Shown here one piece after another: positions 39,642 to 50,462 of a stretch of DNA of 64,000 nt. Below the pieces are notes generated by a model. It saw only the letters and a list, made by a program, of their open reading frames with translations, was not told the DNA's origin and did not search any database. The position numbers and the translations under genes are program-made. The DNA is from a virus, in IMG/VR virus record IMGVR_UViG_3300024348_000023, positions 1 through 64,000 of that record; one strand, written 5' to 3'. Numbering within the stretch: the first letter of the stretch is position 1; every line of letters begins with the position of its first letter.

Positions 39642-40622
39642 ATGGAGATATTAGTAGGTACAAACTCACCAGTAAAGCACAAGGTTTATTGGAAGGGCTC
39701 TCCAAGAGATGCTGATAGTCTTCCTGTTGTTAGAGTTTATGACATAACGGAAGACCCAGCAATAACTCCTGCTATAAATCCAGGAACACTTCTTACAACA
39801 TTAACTCCAACAAAAATGGAAACAGATATTGGTGTTTATGAGGTGTATCCACCACACTCACTAACAGATAGAAATAAACAGTTAAAGCTTGTTTGGCAAT
39901 ATAGCGTAGATGGAACTACTATTACAAAAGAGCATAAGCTTTTTGTTGTAACTCCTTATGTTGATATTACTCAAGCAGGAGATGTCTTAAAGTTGGGGTC
40001 GGATCCTTCTGACCCAAACTACAAGTCTTATTTTGAAATTGCAGAAGCTGAAAGATATGCAAGAAAGATAATTGAAAATTATACTGGACAAACATTTAGT
40101 CTCTACGACGATGTCCATACCGTATACGGTGCAGGAGCAGATGTATTGCCTTTGCCATTTAAGCTTGCAGATTTACATGAGCTTTATCAAAATGACGTGT
40201 TGCTAGTTGACACTATTAACAATGTAAATAACTGGAACTACAGCACTATTATTTCTGAAAGCGGTTTTGGGCTAAGAATTAATCGTGTAGATATGATTGA
40301 CAACACAGTCTATGTGGCAAATGGTATGATTCCTCCATCTATAAATGACATGGGTAACGGAGCATTTGCAAAAGATAGCGTATATCGTGTTGCAGGTAGA
40401 TACGGTTGGGATCAAGTTCCAGATGAAGTTGAGCTTGCAGCAATTGAGCTTATGAAAGATTATTTCTCAAAGGATAAGGTCTGGAGAGACAAGTATATGA
40501 AGAGCATATCAACATTTGACTGGAAGTTTGAATATAATTCTGAGACATACAGGGGCACTGGAAACGTTTATGTTGACCAAATTCTATTGCCTTATGTAAT
40601 CAATCAGATGGTAGTTATCTAA
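39642..40622 (+). CDS. head-to-tail adaptor
   Basis: IIENYTGQTF, GRYGW..VPDEVELAAIEL, VDQIL.PY; position. Confidence 0.75.
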   Translation: MEILVGTNSPVKHKVYWKGSPRDADSLPVVRVYDITEDPAITPAINPGTLLTTLTPTKMETDIGVYEVYPPHSLTDRNKQLKLVWQYSVDGTTITKEHKLFVVTPYVDITQAGDVLKLGSDPSDPNYKSYFEIAEAERYARKIIENYTGQTFSLYDDVHTVYGAGADVLPLPFKLADLHELYQNDVLLVDTINNVNNWNYSTIISESGFGLRINRVDMIDNTVYVANGMIPPSINDMGNGAFAKDSVYRVAGRYGWDQVPDEVELAAIELMKDYFSKDKVWRDKYMKSISTFDWKFEYNSETYRGTGNVYVDQILLPYVINQMVVI

Positions 40623-41050
40623 TGTTTAATATTATAGATTCAGTATTAAGCATGAAGATGGATGTTTACAAGCAAGTAGACTACCAAGACTCAAATACTG
40701 GTGCTCTTAAAAGAGAGTGGCAATATGACAGAAGTATGGCATGTCATGCAAAAGGCGTCATATCAAACTCTGCTTCAACAAGAACTGGTGATAAGCAGGT
40801 CTTAAGTAATAGATATACAAATGATCAGATTCTTCAAATTAGAACAACAGAAAAAGTAAGCCTTCGTGAAAAGATTACAAACATACTTGGCTCAGATGGC
40901 ACAAGCATCTGGGTAGAGGCAAACTTTCCAACAGACACCCCAACAGTTTTTGAGGTTATGGGATCAACACCAATGACAGATCCTTTCGGAACTGTTGTTG
41001 GCTACAATACTACTGTGAAAAGATCGGAAAATCAAACAATTGGATACTAG
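40622..41050 (+). CDS. head closure/stopper protein
   Basis: Size, position, D..TGA..REW motif. Confidence 0.6.
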   Translation: MFNIIDSVLSMKMDVYKQVDYQDSNTGALKREWQYDRSMACHAKGVISNSASTRTGDKQVLSNRYTNDQILQIRTTEKVSLREKITNILGSDGTSIWVEANFPTDTPTVFEVMGSTPMTDPFGTVVGYNTTVKRSENQTIGY

Positions 41051-41834
41051 TGCCGTATTAGTAAAAGCAGCCAGTGGTTTACAGAAAACCATGGGTGGAA
41101 CTAAGGGCACAATTTTACAAGATAGCACAGTAGCTCAAATATCTGCAGCTATATATTATCAAGCATCTGTTGTTTCAAAGATAATAACTAATAAACAATT
41201 TCAGTCAAAATTTCAAAGCATTTTGTTTTCACAGATTAAAAAAGATTTTGGAAACTATGTAGACTCTCAAGCTAGAACAAACCCTAAAAGTTTGCATCAT
41301 GTCTACGAATGGAAAAAGGTTGGAACCCCATCAGCAAGACTATTTGATTTAAAGATAGCTGGAACAGAGGGACTTTCTTTTAAAATTGTTTCTGAATTCA
41401 AGCCATCTAAATCAATGGTTCCAACAAACTTTGGTAAAGCAAGACATGTATTTACAAACAAAGCTTCCGTGATGGAGGCTGGAAATCCAGTAACGATTAG
41501 ACCTAAAAATGCAGAAAGACTTGTTTTTGAAATGGATGGCGTTGTTATTAGAATGCCTAAAGGTATGCCAGTTGTAGTTAAAAGACCAGGCGGCGGAAAA
41601 GCTACTGGAAGATATAAGATAGAGTACGCTAGATTCTTTACTGGTAATCTTGTAAACCTATCAATCAAAAATTCAAAGTTTCAGCAAATATTTAATTCAT
41701 CTGTAAGCAAGGCAATAAAATTGCCAGCAGATATTAAAAAGGTTAAATATTCTTTTTCACCAAATACAGTCAACATGCAGGCTGAGACAGCCCTTGCACT
41801 AGCTTTTGGAGGCTCAAATGACAACGGATTATAA
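41040..41834 (+). CDS. putative neck/tail completion protein
   Basis: Basic 264-aa protein (LHHVYEW) between stopper and terminator. Confidence 0.55.
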   Translation: MDTSAVLVKAASGLQKTMGGTKGTILQDSTVAQISAAIYYQASVVSKIITNKQFQSKFQSILFSQIKKDFGNYVDSQARTNPKSLHHVYEWKKVGTPSARLFDLKIAGTEGLSFKIVSEFKPSKSMVPTNFGKARHVFTNKASVMEAGNPVTIRPKNAERLVFEMDGVVIRMPKGMPVVVKRPGGGKATGRYKIEYARFFTGNLVNLSIKNSKFQQIFNSSVSKAIKLPADIKKVKYSFSPNTVNMQAETALALAFGGSNDNGL

Positions 41835-42330
41835 TTATGATGTAATGCTAGATCTTCGTAAGCATTTATGGAGTCAGCTTAAGTCTAATGACCTATTTGA
41901 GGCATCAGATTACTATAGCGATAATCTGGGCGAAGAGCTTATTCCAATTATTCCAGTTCAACAGCAACCAGAAATGAATCAGTTTTTGAGCGGAAAAAAG
42001 CATATAGTATACGATAAGATAGGCATGTCTTACGAGGATAACTGGGTCATATGCTGTGAACAAATCCTATTTACCATATATTCAACAGATATATCTGAGA
42101 TCAACCAAATTAGAAACCTAATGACAGATCTATATAGAAGAATGGATGAGTCTGCAAGGGATGCTAATCGGTATAGCGGAATATCTCAAAAGTTTAAATT
42201 TTACAGCATATTTGTAGCAGACATATCCCCTACGGCCCCTTCAGAGGAGCTAGCAGGCTTTTTATCAGCAGATGTAATACTTGAAGTAAAGTATGCAAGG
42301 CACGTAGGCACAGACGGCAGATTCCTATAG
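41818..42330 (+). CDS. putative tail terminator
   Basis: Directly before the tail tube gene; GGAGG RBS supports ATG 41818. Confidence 0.6.
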   Translation: MTTDYNYDVMLDLRKHLWSQLKSNDLFEASDYYSDNLGEELIPIIPVQQQPEMNQFLSGKKHIVYDKIGMSYEDNWVICCEQILFTIYSTDISEINQIRNLMTDLYRRMDESARDANRYSGISQKFKFYSIFVADISPTAPSEELAGFLSADVILEVKYARHVGTDGRFL

Positions 42331-42331
42331 T

Positions 42332-42360
42332 TTGCCTTTTGGGGCATTATACACTAAAAT
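42332..42360 (+). promoter_or_regulatory. promoter of the major tail gene
   Basis: TTGCCT-N17-TAAAAT, same hexamers as at 36671. Confidence 0.65.
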
Positions 42361-42447
42361 TGGATATAGAGGAAAGGGCCTAGCCAGCCACGATTTCAAA
42401 AAAGTTTAACAATATATATATATTTTTAAAACAGGAGGTAAGACACA

Positions 42448-43134
42448 ATGGCATTTAACTCAGCCAAAAATATTCTTGTGGGAGCTTCACCGCTTTACAT
42501 CTCGAATTCAGATTCATCAGTAACAGGTTATGTTGAAAACCAAGAGCCAGGTGTTGCAAAGGTTGCAACAGCTGGAAAGAAAGACGGAGTACCAGCATAT
42601 TCATCATCTGCTTCATACCGTACAACTCTTGATGCAGCACAAACTACAGCAGATAATGCTTACCGTAACGTAGGTTATACAAACAATGGTCTTCAGATCA
42701 CTTATAACCCAACTTACGATTCAGTAACTGTTGACCAGTTGCTTGATACAGCAAAGCTTTTCAAGTCTGCGATGGAAGTTATGATCGCAACAGAAATGGC
42801 AGAAGGAACACTAGAGAACGTTCTAGTTGTTTTCGGACAAGGACAATCAACTCTTACAAATTCAGGTAAGACACTTGGATTGGAAGCAGGTGCTCTTGGA
42901 GTTGCTCCAACAGAACGTCAGCTAATCGCAATTGGACAAGCTCCAACTGAGACTTCAGCTACAACAGAGCGTATTTACTATGCACGTCGTGTATTGTCTG
43001 TACAACAGACACAATTCTCGCTTGCACGTAATACTCCAACATCATTCCCAGTAACATTCCGTCTGCTACCAGACGCAGGTTACACTGGTTCAGAATACGG
43101 AAAGATTATTGACCGTACTTGGACAGTAGCTTAA
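42448..43134 (+). CDS. major tail (tube) protein
   Basis: NILVGA, VGYTNNGL...Y.P, VDQLLD, FPVTFRLLPD; AGGAGG RBS. Confidence 0.85.
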   Translation: MAFNSAKNILVGASPLYISNSDSSVTGYVENQEPGVAKVATAGKKDGVPAYSSSASYRTTLDAAQTTADNAYRNVGYTNNGLQITYNPTYDSVTVDQLLDTAKLFKSAMEVMIATEMAEGTLENVLVVFGQGQSTLTNSGKTLGLEAGALGVAPTERQLIAIGQAPTETSATTERIYYARRVLSVQQTQFSLARNTPTSFPVTFRLLPDAGYTGSEYGKIIDRTWTVA

Positions 43135-43147
43135 TTAAATTTAAGTA

Positions 43148-43177
43148 AATAAAGCCCCCAGAAATGGGGGCTTTATT
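43148..43177 (+). terminator. intrinsic (possibly bidirectional) terminator
   Basis: AATAAAGCCCCCA-GAAA-TGGGGGCTTTATT. Confidence 0.8.
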
Positions 43178-43234
43178 GTTGTACTGTTAACTGCAATATG
43201 TTATAATAATTAAGACGATCCTAGGAGGATTAAA

Positions 43235-43567
43235 TTGGCAACTACAGTATATAGTGTAGAAGAAATTACACTACAAGATGGCTCAACAGCTAAGCTAAAG
43301 CCCCTAAGCATTAAAGAGCTTAGAGAGTTTATGAAGGCACTACAAGGTGCAGCAGATTCAACATCAGAAACAGAAACACTAAATGTTTTAATTGATGCAG
43401 TAGCAGTAGCACTGAAAAAGCAACTACCAGATTTGGTAGCAGATAGAGATGCACTTGAAGATGCACTTGACGTACCCACAATTAATCGCATCCTTGAGGT
43501 ATGCGGTGGGATTAAGATGGATGACCCAAACCTACTAGCGGCAGCGGTTCTGGCTGGTCAGAACTAG
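43235..43567 (+). CDS. tail assembly chaperone (gpG-like)
   Basis: Between tube and tape measure genes; TTG start with AGGAGG; promoter TGTTATAAT at 43199. Confidence 0.8.
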   Translation: MATTVYSVEEITLQDGSTAKLKPLSIKELREFMKALQGAADSTSETETLNVLIDAVAVALKKQLPDLVADRDALEDALDVPTINRILEVCGGIKMDDPNLLAAAVLAGQN

Positions 43568-43905
43568 ATCTTGCCGCTTTAGAGGGTGAAGTATTTCTTT
43601 TAGGAAACTGGAGGAACTACGAAGAACTAGAAGAAAATCTTTCAATGCCAGAGCTTATTCAAACATTGAAATCTTTTAAGAAGCAAAAGTCGGAAGACAG
43701 AAAATTTGCTGCAGGACTTAAAGGAATAGAACTTAATATAGATGAAGATGAAGAAGAAGTTCCGCAAGGAAAAACCTTTGAAGATATTCGAAGAAAAGCA
43801 TTAGGTATTAATGCATCAGGTGATGATATACTTTCATTACAAGGTCCATTAGCATCAGATGCAGGATTTGGAATCGGAGCTGGTTTAGGTTATTCAAGGG
43901 AGTAG
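43525..43905 (+). CDS. tail assembly chaperone -1 frameshift extension (gpGT-like)
   Basis: Slippery C CCA AAC at 43525-43531; -1 frame open from there through the 43645..43905 ORF. Confidence 0.75.
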   Translation, partial: PKPTSGSGSGWSELDLAALEGEVFLLGNWRNYEELEENLSMPELIQTLKSFKKQKSEDRKFAAGLKGIELNIDEDEEEVPQGKTFEDIRRKALGINASGDDILSLQGPLASDAGFGIGAGLGYSRE

Positions 43906-43916
43906 TATATAGATAA

Positions 43917-46900
43917 ATGGCTGATGAAAATATTGTAACTAATATAGTTGCCAATGCTGATTTTTCAGGTCTTATTGCAGATGTCAATAAGGTCACAGCA
44001 TCACTATCTAAGTTACAAAGCCAGTTAATTGCTTCAGATGCCAAGCTTGCAAATCAAGTTGCGGTAATGAACAGATCTTTCTCAGAAAACTTGAGAAGAA
44101 CTGGACAATTTTCTACACATTTTGTTACACTAACTTCAGATACTGAAAAGTTTGGTAAAAGCCTCGATGGTGGGAAGCTTAAGCTAAGAGACTACTTTAG
44201 AACTTTTCAAGAGCATACAAAAACTTCAGGCGGAATAATTAGAGATCTCGCTAAGCAGCAGGTAGCTCTACAAAATGCAATTATACAACCCCTGGGCAAA
44301 AATGCCCAGGGGCTTATGCAGTTTAACGTACAGGTTCCACAAGGCCTAGATAACATTAAAAACAAAACTGCTATTGCAAGACAAGAACTTCAGATATTAA
44401 ATAAAGTAGTTCAAGATGGCGGAGTTCAACTGATTAACTGGGGTAAGAATACACAGTGGGCAGGACGCCAGCTTACAGTTGGTCTTACAGTACCTCTTGC
44501 TGCATTTGGTAAAGCGGCAGCAGATGCATTTAGAATGGCTGATGCAGAACTTACAAGATTAACAAAGGTGTATGGTGGAGTAGCCGCTACATCCGCAACA
44601 GAACTTTCTAAAATAAGAAATGAAGTTTCTTCAACCGCAGCGGAGTTGTCAAAGGGTTACGGAGTATCTTTTAAAGAAACTATTGCGTTAGCAGCAGACA
44701 TAGCAGCAACTGGAAAAACAGGAAACGAATTGCTTTCTTCTGTTAAAGAAACAAGTAGACTTGCAGTTCTGGGTGAAGTTGATAGACAAGAGGCGATGAA
44801 AGCAACTCTTGCAATTCAAAGTACTTTTAAACAAAATACAGAACAGCTTGCAGAATCAATTAACTTTTTAAACTCTGTTGAAAACCAAACTTCAACAAGT
44901 CTTGCAGATTTAGTAGAAGCTATTCCAAAAGCAGGTCCAGTAATTCAGGGAATGGGTGGAAGCGTTAAAGATCTTGCTCTGTACTTAACTGCAATGAAAG
45001 AAGGCGGAATTAATGCATCAGAAGGCGCTAATGCACTAAAGTCTGCTCTTGCATCTTTAATTAATCCAACTAAGGTTGCTAAAGAAAAATTTGCAGAGAT
45101 GGGTATTGATCTAGGTGGAATCGTTGCACAAAATGCAGGAAATCTAACAGGAACAATACTTGCTCTTCAATCAGCACTAGATGAGCTGGACCCATTAAAA
45201 AAGCAACAAGCAATCGAGCAGTTGTTTGGAAAGTTTCAGTTTGCAAGACTAAATGCTTTGTTTGCTAACTTAGGAAAACAAGGAAGCCAGACCCTTCAAG
45301 TTATGGATTTAATGAAGACCAGCTCTCAAGATCTTGCAAATGTTGCAGGACGAGAATTAAGTATGGTAACAGAGTCTGCATCTGGTAAATACAACAGAGC
45401 AATAGAAGGCCTAAAGGCAGATCTTGCGGGTATTGGCGAAGAATTCCTTAAGGTTCAAACATTTTTTATAAACGTTGTAGATGGAATTATTGACTTTACA
45501 ACTAGCTTGCCAAAACCTATTAAGCAAATTTTAACTTTTGCAGGAGGCCTAACAGCAGTTATTGGTCCAGTTATTATGTTAACTGGTGTGCTTGCAAACT
45601 TCTTTGGATATGTAATTAAAGGTGTATCTCACTTTAAAGCATTATTTAAAGGCGGAGAAGGCTGGAAGATGCTTACTCCAGAAATCCTTGCTGCTCAAAA
45701 AGCAGGAAGCCTTGTGGAGAAAACATTTTATAGCGATGCTGCAGCAGCAACAGTATTAAAAACTGCAATAGAAGGACTAGTTGCAGAATTTACTATATTG
45801 CAATCAAAGGCTCAATCTGGAGCAATTTCAGTTGCACCAGCACTAAAGGGTATGGTTGCAAATGCAACAATGCAAAGAGTTGTAAATCCAGATCACCCAT
45901 TATTGAGTCCTCAAGATACAAGATCAATGTCACATATGAATCCAGTTGGAAGAATGACTGCGGATCAAAAAGAAGGACAAACAATATTTGGAGTTGTACC
46001 TGGAGCACCTAAAGTAAATCAAGTAATAGGTAACAACCCACAAATTTATGCTAATGCCGATTTGCCAGATGTTCCAGGACTAACTAGAATTGGAAAAGCT
46101 TCCACTGGAGTTGTTGCTAGCGAAGCAGCTAAGTGGCATGCAATGACTGGTGCTCTTGCAATGCAATCAGAAGCAGAAATAAAAGCATTAAAGACAGAAG
46201 TTTCTAGAACAGGATTAATTACACACGAACTTTCTGCTTCGTATCAAGCTCTTTTACCAGAAATGACAAAGCTAACACAAAAAGCAGCAGCAGAGTCTGC
46301 AGAAATTGTTGCAGAGCTTCAAGCAAGCAAAATAACAGTAGATCAAGCAAGAGCAAAAATTATTGCATTAAATGCACAAATAGAAGCAGCAATGGGTGCA
46401 GCTGCTACAGATATTGCAGGACAACAGGGTAGATCTATTTCTTTAACTTCGGTTCCATTGTTAAGTCAACCAGTTGTAGATAAATCTGGAAAATCTAACA
46501 TGAAGGAGCTTGCTCGTCCAGGAAGAACAAGAGGTCTTCTTAATCAAATTGCACGAGGACTTGGCGTTAAAACATTTGGTGCACCATACAGCATAGAAAC
46601 TACAAGACCAAAGAGATTTGCAACAGGCAATCTAGTTCCTGGAAGCGGAAATTCAGATACAGTTCCAGCACTCCTAACACCTGGCGAATTTGTTATTAAT
46701 AAAAAAGCAACAGCCGCAAATCTTCCACTACTTGAAGCAATTAATAACGGTGGTCAGGCAAATGGAATGGGAATGGAGTATGGAGGATTCCCAGAAGACA
46801 GATATATATCTGCAGAACAATCTAATGTTGTTCTAAGTAAGTTTGGAATTGCAAGCAAGAGTGACAAAGAAGCAAAGCTGCTAGGAAGATGGGGCATGAT

Positions 46901-49900
46901 ACTTCCAGGCGGAGTAAATTCAAATCTTGCTAGACATGGTGTTGATGGGGCAAATCTTAGACAGTATTTTGATGAGCCAGGTAGACTTATTGATCTTGAT
47001 GACTTTTTAACTCACAACGGTATTGCTGAAAAAGATAAGCATTCAATACTTTCTTCAGTTGCTTCTCAGATGCAAGGAGAATTAAAAGACGGAGTTGTTT
47101 ATAAAGATAAAGAGCTTGGAGACATTGCTTTTAGAACTATAGATAAAGAAATTAAAGCTCTTGAATCAAAATATCCAGGAATAAGCTTAAAGTATCAAAA
47201 AGATAGAATGACTCCAGGAAGAAGAGATACCAGAAAGAGACGTAGGCCTGGAGAAACACAAGCTGAGGCAAATAGAAGAGGTGGCGGAAGTCCTACAGCA
47301 ACTAATGTTCGAGGTGGAAGACCAAGTAACTATAGAACAGAAAGAGCAAAAGCATTTGGAGAAGGCCAAGTATGGGCTCACTTTGATGATCAAATTTTTA
47401 ATGAAAATGTAGAGCAGTTAGCTGGCTATCACGGTGTACCATTTGGTTCACTTCCAACAATGACTGGAAGAAATCCTAATGCTGCAAAGTTTCCAGATGC
47501 GTACTTATCTCAAGCTCATTCAAAATCATTTGTTGGAATGCCATTAGTTAGAAGAGGCACAGGATTTGGAAGATTAATGGATACCATTAATACTCTTAAT
47601 GCTAATAGTCCAAAGCCTTTCTTACCAAGAGGAACATATACTCCAGGAGCATATAAAGGATTTAATAGAAGAAATAAGGGCGGCATAATTGGATTAAACG
47701 CTGGAGGTATGGTTCCAAGATATCACGGTGGTGGTTTTGTTGGAGGATTTAACTCACAAGCAGATAAGGGTTTCATTGGAAAAGGAATGCTAAAGCGTCC
47801 TGAAGGCGGCGGGATGAGCATGGGAGCCCAAATGGGAATGATGATGGGCGGATCAATGGCAGGCCAAGCAATAGGTGGAAACCTTGGTACTGGAATAACA
47901 ATGGCTGCAAATATTCTTCCATGGCTTCCTTTACAAAAAATTATGCCATTAATTGGCAAGCTTATGACAAACCTAAGAACCCTTTCTGGAATAGCAAATA
48001 TTGCTGGCAAGGCAATGGGTCTATTATTTAGAGTTGGTCCAGTTGGTGCAGTTGTTACTGCAGTTGGACTTGCTGTACTTGCTTATAGAAAATACACTAA
48101 AGAGCTAGAAGAAACTCGTAGAGAACATATAATGCTAAATGGCATTACCGAAAAGGGTGCTAAAGAAGCAGGAATTAGCTATAAGAATGTAGCTAACTCA
48201 ATTAAGGGTGTAAGAGAGCAGTTCAAGCTTCAACAACAACAAGGTTTATCCGCATACGAATCAATGACTGGCTCTGGTGTACAGGGCCTTACATTGACAA
48301 TTGCACAGCTAAAAGAATTAAAGAAAACTGCAAAAGATACAATGCCAGAGCTGGTTGGAACTTTTAATACTATAGATACAAGCAAAGTAAATGATCTTGC
48401 AGCAAATCTAAAAGCACAGTTTGTGTCTGCAGGAATGTCTGCTCAAGATGCAACAAATAAAATTTATGCAATTATAGAAGCATCAAATAAAGCTGGAGCA
48501 GGACTTGGTGCTATAACTAGTACAGGGTTTACTGCAATAACAGATAAGGGAAGCGCTGCTTCTACTATTGTTAAAAACTTAATTGATAGTCTTGCAGACA
48601 TTGAAAATATTGATCCAAAAGCATTTGCATCAAATATTGACACTGTGATATCAAGCCTAGATGCAGCAACTGCTGCGCTTGTTGGAACAAAAGATGCACA
48701 GGGTAACACAATTACTGAGTCTATGGCAATGACAATGCAATGGGAAAAGCTTGTAAAGCTTGGTGCTGACTATACTCAAATTGGAGAAAAGGCTCTTGCT
48801 AACCTAAAGAAAGAAAGACCTGAGCTTGCTGCAATATTAAAGAGTACAGACACTGTTGCAGGAATGTATGCTAAGTGGCGAGTATTACTAGCTGGAGTTA
48901 ATATTGATCTTAAGAATATAACATCTCAACAAGCAATGGGAATTGCAGCTTATGAGCAGGCTTTAACAATGGCAGCAGATTCTGCTAAGGCAAATACTAA
49001 TACATCTGGAGCCCTGGGAACTGCCAATGCTGCTACAAATAAACTAACAGAGTCTATCAAAAAGGGTGAAAACGCAGTAAAGAAGTATTCAAATACAGAA
49101 GCTGGGTTAAGTAAAGCTAGAATAAAAGCAATTCAAGACGAGATCAAGGCTATCCGTGATCGTGCTGATGAAAAGAAGAAGGCATTAAGAGCAACTGTAG
49201 AAACAGAAAATACAGAACTTGAATTGCAAAAGCTTAAGCTTGAAGCTCAAGGAGCTTTAGCTCGAGGAGATAGAGATGCTTATGAAGCTGCAAATATTGC
49301 AATTGCTCAACTTACAAAAGAAACTCAACTAAAGAAAGCTGAAGATAAGATTGATGCAAATGCTAAGAAAGAAGAGGCTAAGCTTCAGGCACAACTTGAT
49401 GCAGATCAGGCAAAGAAAGATGCAGCAGCGGCACTAGTTGCTGGCGCACAACGTCAAGGCGCTTCAGCTACAGAGACACTTGGAGAAATAAATAGCATTA
49501 AGTCTTTGCTAGCACAACTAGCTATAGACAAAATTGAAAATGATAAACTTAAGGATCCAACTAAGAAAGCAGACGGGCAGAAAGCTCTTGACGGAAGGCT
49601 TCAAACTATAGTTGCAACACTTGAAAAGTCTTCAGATGCAGTTCAAAAAGCATTCCCAGAATATGTTGATGCAAAAACAAATAAAGGAAAGCTCGGTGGC
49701 GGAGGGGGAAGCTACGTTGGTTCTATGTTTGTTCCAAATGCACAAGGAGAAGGTAATCAAGCTTTTTCTAAATTAGTTAGCGAAATATCAGTTGGAGCAA
49801 AAGCAAATTTTGAAAAGTTAGGAAAAGAAATTACAGGCGGAGCAAACCTTAAAATGGTTGTAGAGGCAATGGGTGGCAAGGTAGACAAGAGCAAAACTCT

Positions 49901-50462
49901 TAATCAGGAAGATATTACTGCCGCAATTATATCTAATCAGGGTAATTCTTCTGGATTCTTAAAAGATCAAACAAAAGATGATGGTTCTCTTGAAGAAGGT
50001 GTAAGACAGGCTATTATACAAAAATATAACTTTAAAGAAGGAGACTCTTTTAAGTTTGGAACCATCACATACAATGTTAAAAAAGGAATGTTTGGCAAAG
50101 GACTTCAGGCTGTTAGAAAAGCACTTGGAGGCGCTGTAGCCGCTGGACAAACCTATACTGTAAATGATAGAATTAACTCATTAGGAGTACAACAAGAAGG
50201 CTTTATGCCATTTACTCCAAAGGTAAGCGGAATGATTTATCCAAATGCAGATACCATGCCTAGATATGATATTGCAAGCGGTGCTGTAACAGGTATGCGT
50301 GGAGGAGTTAATAGCTCTTATAACAATAACTCATACGCAATTAATATTGCATTAAACGGAACCAACGTAACAGCAGATGATGTAGTAAGAAGATTTAAGG
50401 CAGAGATGGCATTAGTTCATGCAAAAGAAGGAAGATCGAGATCGGTTGGGGGACAAGTTTAA
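43917..50462 (+). CDS. tape measure protein
   Basis: 2181 aa, helical Ala-rich; WAGRQLTVGLTVP; DTVPALLTPGEFVI. Confidence 0.92.
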   Translation: MADENIVTNIVANADFSGLIADVNKVTASLSKLQSQLIASDAKLANQVAVMNRSFSENLRRTGQFSTHFVTLTSDTEKFGKSLDGGKLKLRDYFRTFQEHTKTSGGIIRDLAKQQVALQNAIIQPLGKNAQGLMQFNVQVPQGLDNIKNKTAIARQELQILNKVVQDGGVQLINWGKNTQWAGRQLTVGLTVPLAAFGKAAADAFRMADAELTRLTKVYGGVAATSATELSKIRNEVSSTAAELSKGYGVSFKETIALAADIAATGKTGNELLSSVKETSRLAVLGEVDRQEAMKATLAIQSTFKQNTEQLAESINFLNSVENQTSTSLADLVEAIPKAGPVIQGMGGSVKDLALYLTAMKEGGINASEGANALKSALASLINPTKVAKEKFAEMGIDLGGIVAQNAGNLTGTILALQSALDELDPLKKQQAIEQLFGKFQFARLNALFANLGKQGSQTLQVMDLMKTSSQDLANVAGRELSMVTESASGKYNRAIEGLKADLAGIGEEFLKVQTFFINVVDGIIDFTTSLPKPIKQILTFAGGLTAVIGPVIMLTGVLANFFGYVIKGVSHFKALFKGGEGWKMLTPEILAAQKAGSLVEKTFYSDAAAATVLKTAIEGLVAEFTILQSKAQSGAISVAPALKGMVANATMQRVVNPDHPLLSPQDTRSMSHMNPVGRMTADQKEGQTIFGVVPGAPKVNQVIGNNPQIYANADLPDVPGLTRIGKASTGVVASEAAKWHAMTGALAMQSEAEIKALKTEVSRTGLITHELSASYQALLPEMTKLTQKAAAESAEIVAELQASKITVDQARAKIIALNAQIEAAMGAAATDIAGQQGRSISLTSVPLLSQPVVDKSGKSNMKELARPGRTRGLLNQIARGLGVKTFGAPYSIETTRPKRFATGNLVPGSGNSDTVPALLTPGEFVINKKATAANLPLLEAINNGGQANGMGMEYGGFPEDRYISAEQSNVVLSKFGIASKSDKEAKLLGRWGMILPGGVNSNLARHGVDGANLRQYFDEPGRLIDLDDFLTHNGIAEKDKHSILSSVASQMQGELKDGVVYKDKELGDIAFRTIDKEIKALESKYPGISLKYQKDRMTPGRRDTRKRRRPGETQAEANRRGGGSPTATNVRGGRPSNYRTERAKAFGEGQVWAHFDDQIFNENVEQLAGYHGVPFGSLPTMTGRNPNAAKFPDAYLSQAHSKSFVGMPLVRRGTGFGRLMDTINTLNANSPKPFLPRGTYTPGAYKGFNRRNKGGIIGLNAGGMVPRYHGGGFVGGFNSQADKGFIGKGMLKRPEGGGMSMGAQMGMMMGGSMAGQAIGGNLGTGITMAANILPWLPLQKIMPLIGKLMTNLRTLSGIANIAGKAMGLLFRVGPVGAVVTAVGLAVLAYRKYTKELEETRREHIMLNGITEKGAKEAGISYKNVANSIKGVREQFKLQQQQGLSAYESMTGSGVQGLTLTIAQLKELKKTAKDTMPELVGTFNTIDTSKVNDLAANLKAQFVSAGMSAQDATNKIYAIIEASNKAGAGLGAITSTGFTAITDKGSAASTIVKNLIDSLADIENIDPKAFASNIDTVISSLDAATAALVGTKDAQGNTITESMAMTMQWEKLVKLGADYTQIGEKALANLKKERPELAAILKSTDTVAGMYAKWRVLLAGVNIDLKNITSQQAMGIAAYEQALTMAADSAKANTNTSGALGTANAATNKLTESIKKGENAVKKYSNTEAGLSKARIKAIQDEIKAIRDRADEKKKALRATVETENTELELQKLKLEAQGALARGDRDAYEAANIAIAQLTKETQLKKAEDKIDANAKKEEAKLQAQLDADQAKKDAAAALVAGAQRQGASATETLGEINSIKSLLAQLAIDKIENDKLKDPTKKADGQKALDGRLQTIVATLEKSSDAVQKAFPEYVDAKTNKGKLGGGGGSYVGSMFVPNAQGEGNQAFSKLVSEISVGAKANFEKLGKEITGGANLKMVVEAMGGKVDKSKTLNQEDITAAIISNQGNSSGFLKDQTKDDGSLEEGVRQAIIQKYNFKEGDSFKFGTITYNVKKGMFGKGLQAVRKALGGAVAAGQTYTVNDRINSLGVQQEGFMPFTPKVSGMIYPNADTMPRYDIASGAVTGMRGGVNSSYNNNSYAINIALNGTNVTADDVVRRFKAEMALVHAKEGRSRSVGGQV

